Assembly (NCBI GenBank): GCA_051531975.1 | Contig: JAOPTT010000005.1 | Location: forward strand, 128,001 to 192,000 | Source: Spirochaetaceae bacterium | GTDB lineage: Bacteria; Spirochaetota; Spirochaetia; DSM-2461 | Length of the DNA: 64,000 bases | Direction: 5' to 3' | Part shown: piece after piece, positions 1-9,661 of the stretch | Position numbering within the stretch: position 1 is the first letter of the stretch | How the letters are laid out: each line of letters starts with the position of its first letter | The notes under the pieces: generated by a model | Seen by the model: the letters and a program-made list of their open reading frames with translations, nothing else | The model's database searches: none | Told to the model about the DNA's origin: nothing | Translations under genes and position numbers: made by a program

Positions 1-1158
1 TACTATTAGTCTACCATTCTCTGGAATACTTTTTTTTATAGCAGGAAGTACTTTTTTAAACGAACCTGGTGTATGGGCATAATCTACAACTACAGAGAAA
101 TCTCCATTGTGTTTTACTGGATTTAACCTACCCTTTACACTTTTTAGTTGTGGAACGGTATTTATAATATCATCAACTGATTTATCCGTTATGTATATTA
201 CAGTTAATAGAGTTCCCATTAGGTTTTCGATGTTAAATATACCTGGTAGATTTAACCTGGTACTATATTGTTTATTTTTAAAAATAAGAGTGAAACTACT
301 ACCAGAGGCATCTAAACTAAGATCTGTTGCAAACATATCCGCGTTATCATTTTTTATACTATATGTATAACAATTTTTACCACTTGCATACTTTATGAAA
401 TTTTCTGATTCCGGATCATCTAAATTTACAACTCCAAAAGTTAATTCTTTAGTTGTTGTTGATAATTTTCTAAATAAGTTACCTTTATCGCTTCTGTATT
501 GTTCTAAAGTACCATGAAACTCTAGATGTTCCTGGGTTATGTTTGTGAGAATTCCAGCATTAAATTCTACATCCTTAAGCCTACAGGTTTTATTAGACAG
601 ACCATGACTTGTAGATTCAATTATTGCATACTCTTTTCCATTGTTTATCATTTCTCTTAAAATACCGTGGATCTGGTTTGCTTCTGGTGTTGATTGTCTT
701 AATACATTTGAATTTTCAATATCTCCACTTTTAAAACTAATTGTAGATATAAATCCAACATTTTTTTTAAGTAGTGTTAACATCTGATAGGCTAAGGATA
801 CTGTGGTACTTTTACCATCTGTACCTGTAACACCAATTACTTTTAGTTCCATTGAAGGATAGCTATAAAAAGCAGCAGAAAAGCTAGAAAGTGCCTCTTT
901 TGTATTTTCTACTTTAATATATACGATATTAGGATTATAATTATCTAAATTATCGCTGTGGCATATTGCTTTTGCTCCTAAATTTATAGCCTTATCTATA
1001 TATTTATGACCATCGGTATGTATACCTTTTAGGGCAAAAAATAGAGTTCCACCCATTACTCTACGAGAATCAAATTCAATATTGGTGATTTCAGGGTCTA
1101 ATTGCCCTAACTTTTGGTTAATATTGTTGCAGTTATTAAGTAAAGCTGTTATTTTCAT
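1..1158 (-). CDS. murE: UDP-N-acetylmuramoyl-L-alanyl-D-glutamate--diamino acid ligase (3' end runs off the window)
   Basis: Not in the ORF track. Manual translation from ATG at 1158 gives MKITALL..., FDSR, LFFALKG.HTDGH, the P-loop GVTGTDGKSTT, STPEA, ESTSHGL and TNITQEHLEFH, all Mur-ligase/MurE motifs. Confidence 0.9.
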   Translation of the reverse strand, partial: MKITALLNNCNNINQKLGQLDPEITNIEFDSRRVMGGTLFFALKGIHTDGHKYIDKAINLGAKAICHSDNLDNYNPNIVYIKVENTKEALSSFSAAFYSYPSMELKVIGVTGTDGKSTTVSLAYQMLTLLKKNVGFISTISFKSGDIENSNVLRQSTPEANQIHGILREMINNGKEYAIIESTSHGLSNKTCRLKDVEFNAGILTNITQEHLEFHGTLEQYRSDKGNLFRKLSTTTKELTFGVVNLDDPESENFIKYASGKNCYTYSIKNDNADMFATDLSLDASGSSFTLIFKNKQYSTRLNLPGIFNIENLMGTLLTVIYITDKSVDDIINTVPQLKSVKGRLNPVKHNGDFSVVVDYAHTPGSFKKVLPAIKKSIPENGRLIV

Positions 1159-1205
1159 AGTGTTATATTAACTTAGGTATGATAAACAATTCAAGAGAGG
1201 TTTTT

Positions 1206-1574
1206 ATGTATTTTTTAAGGGTTAAAACAAATTTTTCAGCTGCTATGTATTTAGCTAACTGTGATGATAGTTATAAAGGTATGCATGGCCATGACTTTGC
1301 CGTCTCTGTAACATTAAAAAGTGATAAATTAACCTCTGCTGGAATGGTATATGATTATAATGTCGTAACAGATAAATTAAAAGAAATATCAAAATCTTTA
1401 GATCATGTTTTACTAAATGATAAAGCAGATTTTATTGAGTGTAATCCTACAGTTGAAAATCTATGTAAATATTTTTTTGATAAACTTTTAGAGGAGTTAG
1501 TAGATCTGCCAATTTACGATGTTAGAGTCTGTCAATCTAATGGTTTATCTGCTTGTTTCAGGCCTCTAGGTTAA
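1206..1574 (+). CDS. Divergent QueD/6-pyruvoyl-tetrahydropterin synthase-like T-fold protein
   Basis: HGH, GMVYD, LDH..LN and NPTVENL motifs. ATG at 1206 follows an AGAGAGG RBS. Several catalytic positions are substituted (see findings). Confidence 0.8.
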   Translation: MYFLRVKTNFSAAMYLANCDDSYKGMHGHDFAVSVTLKSDKLTSAGMVYDYNVVTDKLKEISKSLDHVLLNDKADFIECNPTVENLCKYFFDKLLEELVDLPIYDVRVCQSNGLSACFRPLG

Positions 1575-3208
1575 TGTCTACAGATTCCTTTTTAACAAAG
1601 CAACTCATTGCATATATAGGTAATAAAAGATCTCTTTTGCCTTTTCTCTCAAATGTTTTTGATGGCTTAGAACTAGGTTCAAATGTTAAATTTTCAGACC
1701 CATTTGCAGGTACTGGTGCAGTTTCTCGACTAGGGAAATCTAAAGGATTTAACGTTTTTACAAACGATTGGGAACATTATTCCCATGTTGTTAATAGCTG
1801 TTATATTGGAATTGACGAAGACGAAAAAACTAATTTATTCAGAGATAAAGGTGGAATAGAAGAAGTTTTTAAGCATTTTAACAGTTTATCTGGAGATTAT
1901 ATTCCATATATAAGTAAACATTATTCTCCAAAAGATACAGATAGTGCAAACTATGTTACTGAGCGTCTTTTTTATACTACAGAAAATGGTATCTTCATCG
2001 ACAGAGCTAGAACAGAAATACACTCTTTATATCCAGAAGACTGTAAAGAGAAAAATATACTACTAGCTTCTTTGTTATATGAGGTTTCAACCCATGCAAA
2101 TACATCGGGAGTATTTAAAGCTTGTCATAAAGGTTTTGGGGGGCATGGGAAGGATGCTCTAGGCAGAATAATGGCTCCAATGAAAATGGAGATTCCTAAT
2201 TTAATAGATAGCCCTTATCAAAACACTGTTTCTAGAATGGATGCCTTAGATTTTGTGAAGGGTAAAAGTACAGATATATGTTACTTAGATCCTCCATATA
2301 ATATGCATCAGTATGGTAGTAATTATTTTATGTTAAATACTGTAGCCCTATGGGATAGACCGGTTGTTAATCAGCTTAGAGGAGAAGATGGCCGTTTTGT
2401 AGAGAAAGCTGGTATCAGAAAGGACTGGAAAAGCACAAAAAGTCCATATTGTTATAAAAGTCTGGCACCAGCATCTTTTGAAAACTTAATGAATAGTATA
2501 GATTCAAGGTATATTATTTTAAGTTATAATACTGAAGGAATTATTCCATTTGATCAGTTATTTGATACAATGGAAAAACACGGTAGGGTAAGTCTTCATA
2601 TTAAAGATTATGTTTTATATCGGGGAGGGAAACAAAGTGTCTCTCGTAAAACCCACAATATGGAACTATTATTAGTAGTAGACCGTAAAAGTAGACCTGA
2701 TGGTAAAGATCGAGTAGCTGTAGAAAGGTTTTTAAAAGAGCGTCGTATTCTAAACCAATTAAGAATGCCTTTTGAACCGACAAGGTTAAGTAGTTCGTTT
2801 TATTTTAAGGACCAAAGCTGCAAGTTAAATCCCGATATGGATAAACTAAAAACATTTAAGGGGTATAAGTTTTTAGATCAACCAACAGACCTTAATAAGC
2901 TTTCAGAATTAGAGCTTAAAAAGTTATATAACAATCTTTCAACTGCACTTTGTTCTGATAATCTTGAAGAGACAAAGGTTCTAATTACCATGTTAGAAAA
3001 TGAGGCAGAAATGAAAGTAGTAAAAAAAATACAGAAAAGGCTATTAGTTGTTTACAAAAAATTAGCCTTTAAAAAATATATAGATATATTTAATGAGATA
3101 ACTGGGATTCTTAACCAGAAGATTAAGAATAAAAATAGAAACTTTGTTGGTCTAGAAAATGGTGTTTTAGAAATTCAGAGTATCGCAAAACTGAGGTTTG
3201 AAGGTTAA
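1574..3208 (+). CDS. DNA adenine (N6) methyltransferase, D12/Dam-like class, with C-terminal extension
   Basis: YIGNK, motif I DPFAGTGAV, motif IV YLDPPY and LSYNTEG. ATG overlaps the upstream TAA (TAATG). Confidence 0.85.
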   Translation: MSTDSFLTKQLIAYIGNKRSLLPFLSNVFDGLELGSNVKFSDPFAGTGAVSRLGKSKGFNVFTNDWEHYSHVVNSCYIGIDEDEKTNLFRDKGGIEEVFKHFNSLSGDYIPYISKHYSPKDTDSANYVTERLFYTTENGIFIDRARTEIHSLYPEDCKEKNILLASLLYEVSTHANTSGVFKACHKGFGGHGKDALGRIMAPMKMEIPNLIDSPYQNTVSRMDALDFVKGKSTDICYLDPPYNMHQYGSNYFMLNTVALWDRPVVNQLRGEDGRFVEKAGIRKDWKSTKSPYCYKSLAPASFENLMNSIDSRYIILSYNTEGIIPFDQLFDTMEKHGRVSLHIKDYVLYRGGKQSVSRKTHNMELLLVVDRKSRPDGKDRVAVERFLKERRILNQLRMPFEPTRLSSSFYFKDQSCKLNPDMDKLKTFKGYKFLDQPTDLNKLSELELKKLYNNLSTALCSDNLEETKVLITMLENEAEMKVVKKIQKRLLVVYKKLAFKKYIDIFNEITGILNQKIKNKNRNFVGLENGVLEIQSIAKLRFEG

Positions 3209-3210
3209 GA

Positions 3211-4281
3211 ATGGAAAAATTATTATTGGAAAATGGAACTGAGATACAGTTTCCTAAAAATGAAGTATTTAGAGGGTGGGATGCTGCAGATGAGTATCTG
3301 TTGTCCCAAGAGATAGAGAGTAAAATAACATTAGTTATTGGTGATACTGACGGAGCACTTACATGTGGTCTTTCTGGAGAAGTTATAAGTTTTGTAACCT
3401 CTTGTTTAAGCGAAAAGACAATTAGTAATACTTTAAGTTTAAATGAAAAGGTCGGGGGAATAATCACTGATGTAGAAGCTTTACCAGAGAACGTAGATAC
3501 AGTTATTATTAAACTTCCTAAGTCTATAGATATGTTAGAATATTACATCCAGATTATTGGAAAAAAATACCCAGGTGTTAAAGTGATAGCTGGTGGTATG
3601 GTAAAATATATGCCAATAACTATGGTTAGGTTAATGGAAGAATATTTTACTGATGTTACTACATCCTTAGCAAAGAAGAAGGCTAGACTAATTTTTGGAA
3701 CAGCTGGATTTAATAATGAAAACCCTACTGTTTTCCCTAAAAGTTACAAAACAGAACACGAATTAACAGTTGTATCATATCCTGGAGTTTTCTCTTCAGA
3801 TCATCTTGATATTGGTACACGTTTTTTACTATCACATATTCCTAAAAATAGAGCTGGTGTTATTTTAGATTTAGGTTGTGCATCAGGTGTATTAGGTTTA
3901 GTTGCTAAAAAGTTAAACCCTGAAGCTGAAATAGTTTTAACAGACGAATCTTATATGGCAACAATGTCTGCGGCGGAGAGTTTTAAAGCTAACGATTTTG
4001 AAGGAACATTTAAGACAATTAATATCCTTAAGGATTACGAATCAGATTCAGTTGATATTATTTTATGTAACCCTCCATTTCATCAAGAAAATAGAGTATT
4101 AACAGATATAGCTGTTGAGATGTTTAAACAGTCTAGAAAAGTTTTACGACGTGGTGGAACTTTGATTGTAGTTGCAAACAAACATTTAGGTTACCATAAA
4201 AAATTAAGAAGCATTTATCATAACCTAAATAGAGTTGCAGAGAATGAGAAGTTTATAATCTTCTCTGTTAGAAAGGTTTAA
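3211..4281 (+). CDS. rlmG: RlmG/RsmC-family rRNA m2G methyltransferase
   Basis: WDAADEYLL, TTSLAKKKARL, PGVFS...LDIGTRFLL, LDLGC.SG and ILCNPPFHQ. Confidence 0.75.
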   Translation: MEKLLLENGTEIQFPKNEVFRGWDAADEYLLSQEIESKITLVIGDTDGALTCGLSGEVISFVTSCLSEKTISNTLSLNEKVGGIITDVEALPENVDTVIIKLPKSIDMLEYYIQIIGKKYPGVKVIAGGMVKYMPITMVRLMEEYFTDVTTSLAKKKARLIFGTAGFNNENPTVFPKSYKTEHELTVVSYPGVFSSDHLDIGTRFLLSHIPKNRAGVILDLGCASGVLGLVAKKLNPEAEIVLTDESYMATMSAAESFKANDFEGTFKTINILKDYESDSVDIILCNPPFHQENRVLTDIAVEMFKQSRKVLRRGGTLIVVANKHLGYHKKLRSIYHNLNRVAENEKFIIFSVRKV

Positions 4282-4547
4282 TCCTTAATCCAATTATATA
4301 TTGTAAAAGATGGGGCAGGGGAACAATTCTCCTGCTCTTTTGGTTTACAACCCATAGGACATCCACCACACTTTGATGGACTGTTTGAATCTGCTATTGG
4401 TAGAGTCACTTTAATATAACCTTTTTCAATTAATATGTTTATAGGCATTTCTAAGCTTTCTCTATCTACATCAAACTTAAAAGTCAGATCTGTCATTGAT
4501 ACAGACCTATTCTCTTTTATATACCGTTTGATCTCGCTAACTAACAC
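4278..4547 (-). CDS. feoC: FeoC-like winged-helix protein with Cys cluster
   Basis: Directly downstream of feoB. Begins MLVSEIKRYI, has a wHTH-like N-terminus, CGGCPMGC...C and a terminal YNW. Confidence 0.75.
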   Translation of the reverse strand: MLVSEIKRYIKENRSVSMTDLTFKFDVDRESLEMPINILIEKGYIKVTLPIADSNSPSKCGGCPMGCKPKEQENCSPAPSFTIYNWIKD

Positions 4548-4556
4548 AACTTTCTC

Positions 4557-6857
4557 CTAAGTTCTTACTTTTTTACCAAGAAGTCTAAATGCCACAATTA
4601 TTATAGCTAATATAGATAGTGCTACAAAAATCCAGAGAGACTGATGTCCAGCTGTAAATTGGTAATATAGTGTTGCAACTGACCAACCTAAAAGTGTTAG
4701 GTAAGTTACTAGAACAACAGTTAAACCTGTACCTAATTCCTTAACACCTGCTCCTAATGCAGCAAAACATGGAAAATATAATAATATAAATAGAAGATAT
4801 GCATAGGCACTACTTTTAGTAAAAAATGTCTGTAATCTTTCTAGAGTTCCAAGATCAGATCCAGCTTCAGTTACCATCTGCTCAGCATCGTCAACTCCTG
4901 TAACAAGACCAACACCTAGTGGATCTGTTATTCCACCAAATACTCCGGCTAATCCATCAGGAATAGACGCAAATGCTTCCTCTATACCACCCCAGAAGTT
5001 AAATTCTTCATCCTCTGCAGTACTATCAATCTCTGCATTTTGACTATAAAGTGAACTTAATGTTCCAACAACGGCTTCTTTTGCAAACAGTCCTGTAAAT
5101 ATACCAACTGTTGCTGGCCAGTTATCTTTCTCAATACCCATTGGTTCAAATATAGGTGTAATACTTTTACCTACAACTGCAAGTATAGAGGATTGACTAT
5201 CTTCGTTTCCAAAACTTAAACCACTGTTTTTATCGTAACCCATAGAGTTTAATATACCTAAGATACCAACAGCTATAATAATTACTGAACCACCTCTGAT
5301 ACAAAATGATTTTAACTTAATCCATGTATGAATTAATATGTGTCTCAATCTAGGTGCATGGTAAGGAGGAAGTTCCATAATAAAATGTGATGTTTCACCT
5401 TTGAATAGTGTGTTTTTTAATAAAAGTCCTGTTAATATTGAAAGAACAATACCAACAAGATAGATACTAAATAGTACTATAGCTTTAGACTCTGGAAAAA
5501 ATGCAGCTAAAAATAGAGCATAAACAGGCATCCTTGCACCACAGGACATAAAAGGAGTCATAAAGATTGTCATCATCCTATCTCTTTTACTTTCTAATGT
5601 TCTTGTAGCCATTATAGCAGGAACTGTACAACCAAAACCAACAATCATTGGTATGAATGACTTTCCAGGTAGACCTATAGCTCTCATGAATCTATCCATA
5701 ACAAATGCAGCTCTAGCCATGTAACCAGAATCCTCTAATAGGGATAACATAAAAAACATGAAGAATATAATAGGAATAAATGTTGCGACTGTTTGAAGAC
5801 CAGCACCAATTCCACCGGCTAAAATATTAATAATCCAATCAGGAGTATTTAGTAAACCTAAAAGTGTACCAAATCCATCTACAAATATTGTTCCAAAAAG
5901 AATATCAAAAAAGTCAATAAAAGCTCCACCAACAGAGATTGTTACACCAAAAACTAAAAACATAGCAACTAAAAATATTGGAATACCTAAATATTTATTT
6001 AGAACAACTTTATCTATTTTTTTTGATACGGAACGTCTATTTCCTTTACGTTTTAATGTATCTTTTACAATTCCATTTATAAAGGCATATTTATAATCTG
6101 CTATAATTATATCTGTTTCATCATCTAATATTTTTTCAATATTTGTTATCTCTTGTTCAATATCTTTATCAGTTAGATCCCCTGATTTAACAACTTCTGA
6201 ATGTACAAAATTATCTCTTTCTAATAGTTTAATTCCTACCCATTGTTTGTTTGCACCAATTATTTTAGAACTGTTATCTAGTTTTGATTCCCATTTCTCT
6301 AAAGTTTCACTGATTTCATTAGGATAAGATATTTTAGTGTTAGATGGGCGTGTATTATTAGCATTTTCTATAATAGCAGCTTTTACATCAGCTGAACTAT
6401 TTTTTTCAAGTGCAGAAATTGGAACAACAGTACAACCTAAATGTTTTTCAAGATGTTTGACATCTATTTTTATTCCTTTTCTCTCAGCCAAGTCCATCAT
6501 ATTTAGAATTACCATAACAGGAACTTTCATCTCAATTAATTGTGTTAACAGATATAAGTTTCTCTCTATATTAGAAGCATCTATTATATCAATAACAAGT
6601 GAACTCTCTCCACCTAAGATATAGTCTCTAGCTACTTTTTCATCCTCAGATGCTGCAGATAATGAGTATATTCCTGGAAGGTCAACTATGTTTATTTTAT
6701 TGTCAGATCCTTTTAAAAATCCTTCCTTTTTCTCAACTGTAACACCTGCCCAGTTTCCAACTCTCTGGTTTCCACCAGTTAATGCGTTAAAAACTGTAGT
6801 TTTACCACTATTAGGATTACCTACAATCGATATGTTTGTGATTTTGTCATTCGCCAT
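4557..6857 (-). CDS. feoB: Ferrous iron transporter B
   Basis: GNPNSGKT, GNWAGVTVE, DLPGIYSL, GFGCTVPA and MSCGAR motifs with many TM segments. Confidence 0.97.
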   Translation of the reverse strand: MANDKITNISIVGNPNSGKTTVFNALTGGNQRVGNWAGVTVEKKEGFLKGSDNKINIVDLPGIYSLSAASEDEKVARDYILGGESSLVIDIIDASNIERNLYLLTQLIEMKVPVMVILNMMDLAERKGIKIDVKHLEKHLGCTVVPISALEKNSSADVKAAIIENANNTRPSNTKISYPNEISETLEKWESKLDNSSKIIGANKQWVGIKLLERDNFVHSEVVKSGDLTDKDIEQEITNIEKILDDETDIIIADYKYAFINGIVKDTLKRKGNRRSVSKKIDKVVLNKYLGIPIFLVAMFLVFGVTISVGGAFIDFFDILFGTIFVDGFGTLLGLLNTPDWIINILAGGIGAGLQTVATFIPIIFFMFFMLSLLEDSGYMARAAFVMDRFMRAIGLPGKSFIPMIVGFGCTVPAIMATRTLESKRDRMMTIFMTPFMSCGARMPVYALFLAAFFPESKAIVLFSIYLVGIVLSILTGLLLKNTLFKGETSHFIMELPPYHAPRLRHILIHTWIKLKSFCIRGGSVIIIAVGILGILNSMGYDKNSGLSFGNEDSQSSILAVVGKSITPIFEPMGIEKDNWPATVGIFTGLFAKEAVVGTLSSLYSQNAEIDSTAEDEEFNFWGGIEEAFASIPDGLAGVFGGITDPLGVGLVTGVDDAEQMVTEAGSDLGTLERLQTFFTKSSAYAYLLFILLYFPCFAALGAGVKELGTGLTVVLVTYLTLLGWSVATLYYQFTAGHQSLWIFVALSILAIIIVAFRLLGKKVRT

Positions 6858-7087
6858 TATGTTGTCTCTCCAAGAATTAAAACTTCAGCTTCTGACTTTC
6901 TTAAAGAGAGGTGGAAATCTCTAATCTCAATTTCCACAGGATCCCCCATTGGAGCTATTTTAGAAAGAGTGAACTCTGTTCCACGGGTAAGACCCATTGA
7001 TAGTAACTTTGTTCTATAAGCAGAATTACCTTTCTCATATCCAGTAATTTTAACTCTGTCACCAATCTTTAAATCTTTGATCTTCAT
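6857..7087 (-). CDS. feoA: Ferrous iron transport protein A
   Basis: KLLSMGLTRG, APMGDPVEI and LSLRKSEA. ATG at 7087 follows GGAG. Confidence 0.95.
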   Translation of the reverse strand: MKIKDLKIGDRVKITGYEKGNSAYRTKLLSMGLTRGTEFTLSKIAPMGDPVEIEIRDFHLSLRKSEAEVLILGETT

Positions 7088-7103
7088 AATTATCTCCAAA
7101 TGC

Positions 7104-7190
7104 TTAAGTTAGCCTTCCTAATTTTATTAATTTGGTATACCTACCTATTAAAAACCAAAGTATTAAACTGTCAATAGGCGTGCCTAACTT
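7104..7190 (-). promoter_or_regulatory. Putative feo promoter with DtxR/MntR-like TTAGG..CCTAA operator-like sites
   Basis: TTAAGTTAGCCTTCCTAA (7104-7121), TTTGGTATACCTAC (7131-7144) and ATAGGCGTGCCTAA (7174-7187). Minus-strand TTGACA at 7169-7174. Confidence 0.45.
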
Positions 7191-7293
7191 TTTTATGTTG
7201 TATATATAATATTATATAAAAAGATCTTTTAAACATAGAGTTTTTCTTGAAATATAACTGTAAGACTGTTATTTTTACATCATAGGAGTTTTA

Positions 7294-9261
7294 ATGGACA
7301 ATAAAATATTAAAACGAGAGTATTTAAAGCTATTATCTAAGCAATATCCAACAATTTCAAAAGTTAGCTCAGAAATTATTAATCAAAGTGCAATGTTAAA
7401 CCTTCCTAAAGGTACAGAACATTTTGTTTCAGATATACATGGAGAAGACGAAGCTTTCAATCACGTGCTTAAAAACGGTAGTGGTTCTATAAAAATAAAG
7501 ATAGATGAAGTTTTTGAAGGTTCTCTTTTAGAAAAAGAGAAAAGGGCACTAGCAACAATTATATACTATCCTCGGCAAAAATTAGCCATGTTACTTGATC
7601 AGGTACAACCTGAAGACCAGGAAGAGTGGTTAAGTGTTTTACTGTTTAGATTAATTAAAATGTGTCGGTATGCGTCAATAAAATATACTAGAGCCATGAT
7701 TCGAGACGCTTTAAGCCCTGAGTTTTCTTACATTATTGAGGAACTTTTACATGAACAGGAGAGTCTTGATAATAAATACGATTATTATAAATCAATTATA
7801 CAAACAATCATTATAACAGGTAGAGCAGAAGCATTTGTTGTTGCCTTAAGTGAACTTATTCAGAGAATGGTTGTTGCTCATCTACATGTAATTGGTGATA
7901 TCTTTGATAGAGGTTCTGGGGCACATACGATTATGGATAGACTTATGAGTTATCATAAAGTTGATATCCAGTGGGGAAATCACGACATTGTTTGGATGGG
8001 AGCAGCAGCTGGTTCATTTGCATGTATTGCCAATGTTATTAGAGTATCTTTAAGATATGGGAATACCAAAACATTAGAAAATGGTTATGGTGTAAGTATG
8101 TTACCACTGGCTTCATTTGCTATGGAAGCTTATGCCGAAGATCCATGTACTGAGTTTAAAACTATAGCTCAAGATGATGAATCTTTAAGTATAAGAGAGA
8201 AATTGATTCTTTCTAGAATGCACAAAGCAATAACTATAATTCAGTTGAAAATTGAGGGACAGGTAATTAAAAGGCGGCCTGAGTATGATATGGAAGATAG
8301 GCTTCTACTTGATAAGATAGATCTTGATAACAATAAAGTTGTTATAGATGGTATCGAGTGTTCTCTTAAAGATAATAGTTTTCCAACTTTAGACCCTGAA
8401 CAGCCATACTCTTTAACTAATGGAGAAAAATCTGTAATTAGAAAACTTCAGAATTCCTTTTTATATAGTGAAAGACTTCAGGAACATGTACGATTTCTAT
8501 TTTCTAAAGGTAGCGTCTATTCTGTATTAAATCATAACCTTTTATATCATGGCTGTATTTTAATGAACGAAGATATGACTTTCAATAATAAAGTTATTGA
8601 TGGTGTTACAATGGGTCCAAAAGAGTATCTTGATTATGCTGATAGACTTGCTAGGCAGGGGTATTTTTCCAATAGCTCTACAGAGAGACAGACGGGTCAG
8701 GATATGATGTGGTATCTTTGGAGTGGAAAAGAGTCTCCACTTTTTGGTAAAGCAAAGATGGCAAGTTTTGAAAGATATTTTACCACAAACAAAGAAGTCG
8801 CAATTGAAAAAAAGGATGCTTATTATAAGTTTAGAGATAATGAAGAGGTCTGTATAAAAATATTAGAGGAGTTTGGTTTAGACCAATCTGCTCATATCAT
8901 TAATGGACATGTTCCTGTTGCTGTTAAAAAAGGTGAAAGCCCGGTTAAAGCAAACGGAAGACTCATAGTTATTGATGGGGGATTTTCTAAGGCATATCAG
9001 GCCCAAACTGGAATAGCTGGTTATACTCTAGTAAGTAACTCATGGGGTTTCTTATTAGCTTCTCATATGGCATTTGAATCTACACAGGCAGCAATAGAAG
9101 ATGACCAAGATATTCATACTACAAAGATGATATTAGAACGTGCTCCTAACAGAATAATGGTTAAAGACACAGATAAAGGTAAAACATTAATTCATCATAT
9201 AGATGTACTAAAAGAGCTACTTTTAGCATACAGAAAAGGTGAAATTAAAGAGAGGACTTAA
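7294..9261 (+). CDS. fbp: Fructose-1,6-bisphosphatase class 3
   Basis: LNLPKGTEHFVSDIHGE, GDIFDRG, QWGNHD, HIINGHVPV and IDGGFSKAYQ. Confidence 0.95.
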   Translation: MDNKILKREYLKLLSKQYPTISKVSSEIINQSAMLNLPKGTEHFVSDIHGEDEAFNHVLKNGSGSIKIKIDEVFEGSLLEKEKRALATIIYYPRQKLAMLLDQVQPEDQEEWLSVLLFRLIKMCRYASIKYTRAMIRDALSPEFSYIIEELLHEQESLDNKYDYYKSIIQTIIITGRAEAFVVALSELIQRMVVAHLHVIGDIFDRGSGAHTIMDRLMSYHKVDIQWGNHDIVWMGAAAGSFACIANVIRVSLRYGNTKTLENGYGVSMLPLASFAMEAYAEDPCTEFKTIAQDDESLSIREKLILSRMHKAITIIQLKIEGQVIKRRPEYDMEDRLLLDKIDLDNNKVVIDGIECSLKDNSFPTLDPEQPYSLTNGEKSVIRKLQNSFLYSERLQEHVRFLFSKGSVYSVLNHNLLYHGCILMNEDMTFNNKVIDGVTMGPKEYLDYADRLARQGYFSNSSTERQTGQDMMWYLWSGKESPLFGKAKMASFERYFTTNKEVAIEKKDAYYKFRDNEEVCIKILEEFGLDQSAHIINGHVPVAVKKGESPVKANGRLIVIDGGFSKAYQAQTGIAGYTLVSNSWGFLLASHMAFESTQAAIEDDQDIHTTKMILERAPNRIMVKDTDKGKTLIHHIDVLKELLLAYRKGEIKERT

Positions 9262-9661
9262 TTTTCCTTTGCATTACAATGTATTCTACATCGCTTTTTA
9301 AAAATATATCACCTTGTTTTTCCATTAAAAAGTGGTTGTAGAAACCTTCTGCTGTTTTTCTAGCATCACACCAAAATATATTAACATCTAAACCTTCTAG
9401 GTCAGATAAAATCTTATTAATAATTAACGTTCCATAACCTTTTCCCTGATACTCTTTTAGAGTTGCAAATTTTCTAAGTCTTGCTTTACCATTATCTAAA
9501 AATATCGAAGCTACAGAGATTAATTTAGAATCTATAAAACCTCCATAATGGATACCTTCTGGATCATCATCAAGAAGGCAAAATTCAATAGGTTTATTAG
9601 GCCATAAAACTTCATGGCGAATATTTAATGTATCCTTATAATCTATTCTTTTTATTATCAT
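9245..9661 (-). CDS. GNAT-family N-acetyltransferase
   Basis: RLRKFAT...YQGKGYG acetyl-CoA motif and WCDAR..A..FY. Confidence 0.9.
   Translation of the reverse strand: MIIKRIDYKDTLNIRHEVLWPNKPIEFCLLDDDPEGIHYGGFIDSKLISVASIFLDNGKARLRKFATLKEYQGKGYGTLIINKILSDLEGLDVNIFWCDARKTAEGFYNHFLMEKQGDIFLKSDVEYIVMQRKIKSSL

Noticed and set aside
107..370. 87-aa plus-strand ORF
   Set aside because: Antisense shadow of murE with no recognisable motifs.
1206..3208. Dpd (7-deazaguanine DNA modification) or restriction-modification island
   Set aside because: No dpdA, queC, queE, folE or endonuclease in the window, and the flanks are housekeeping genes. Kept only as a weaker finding.
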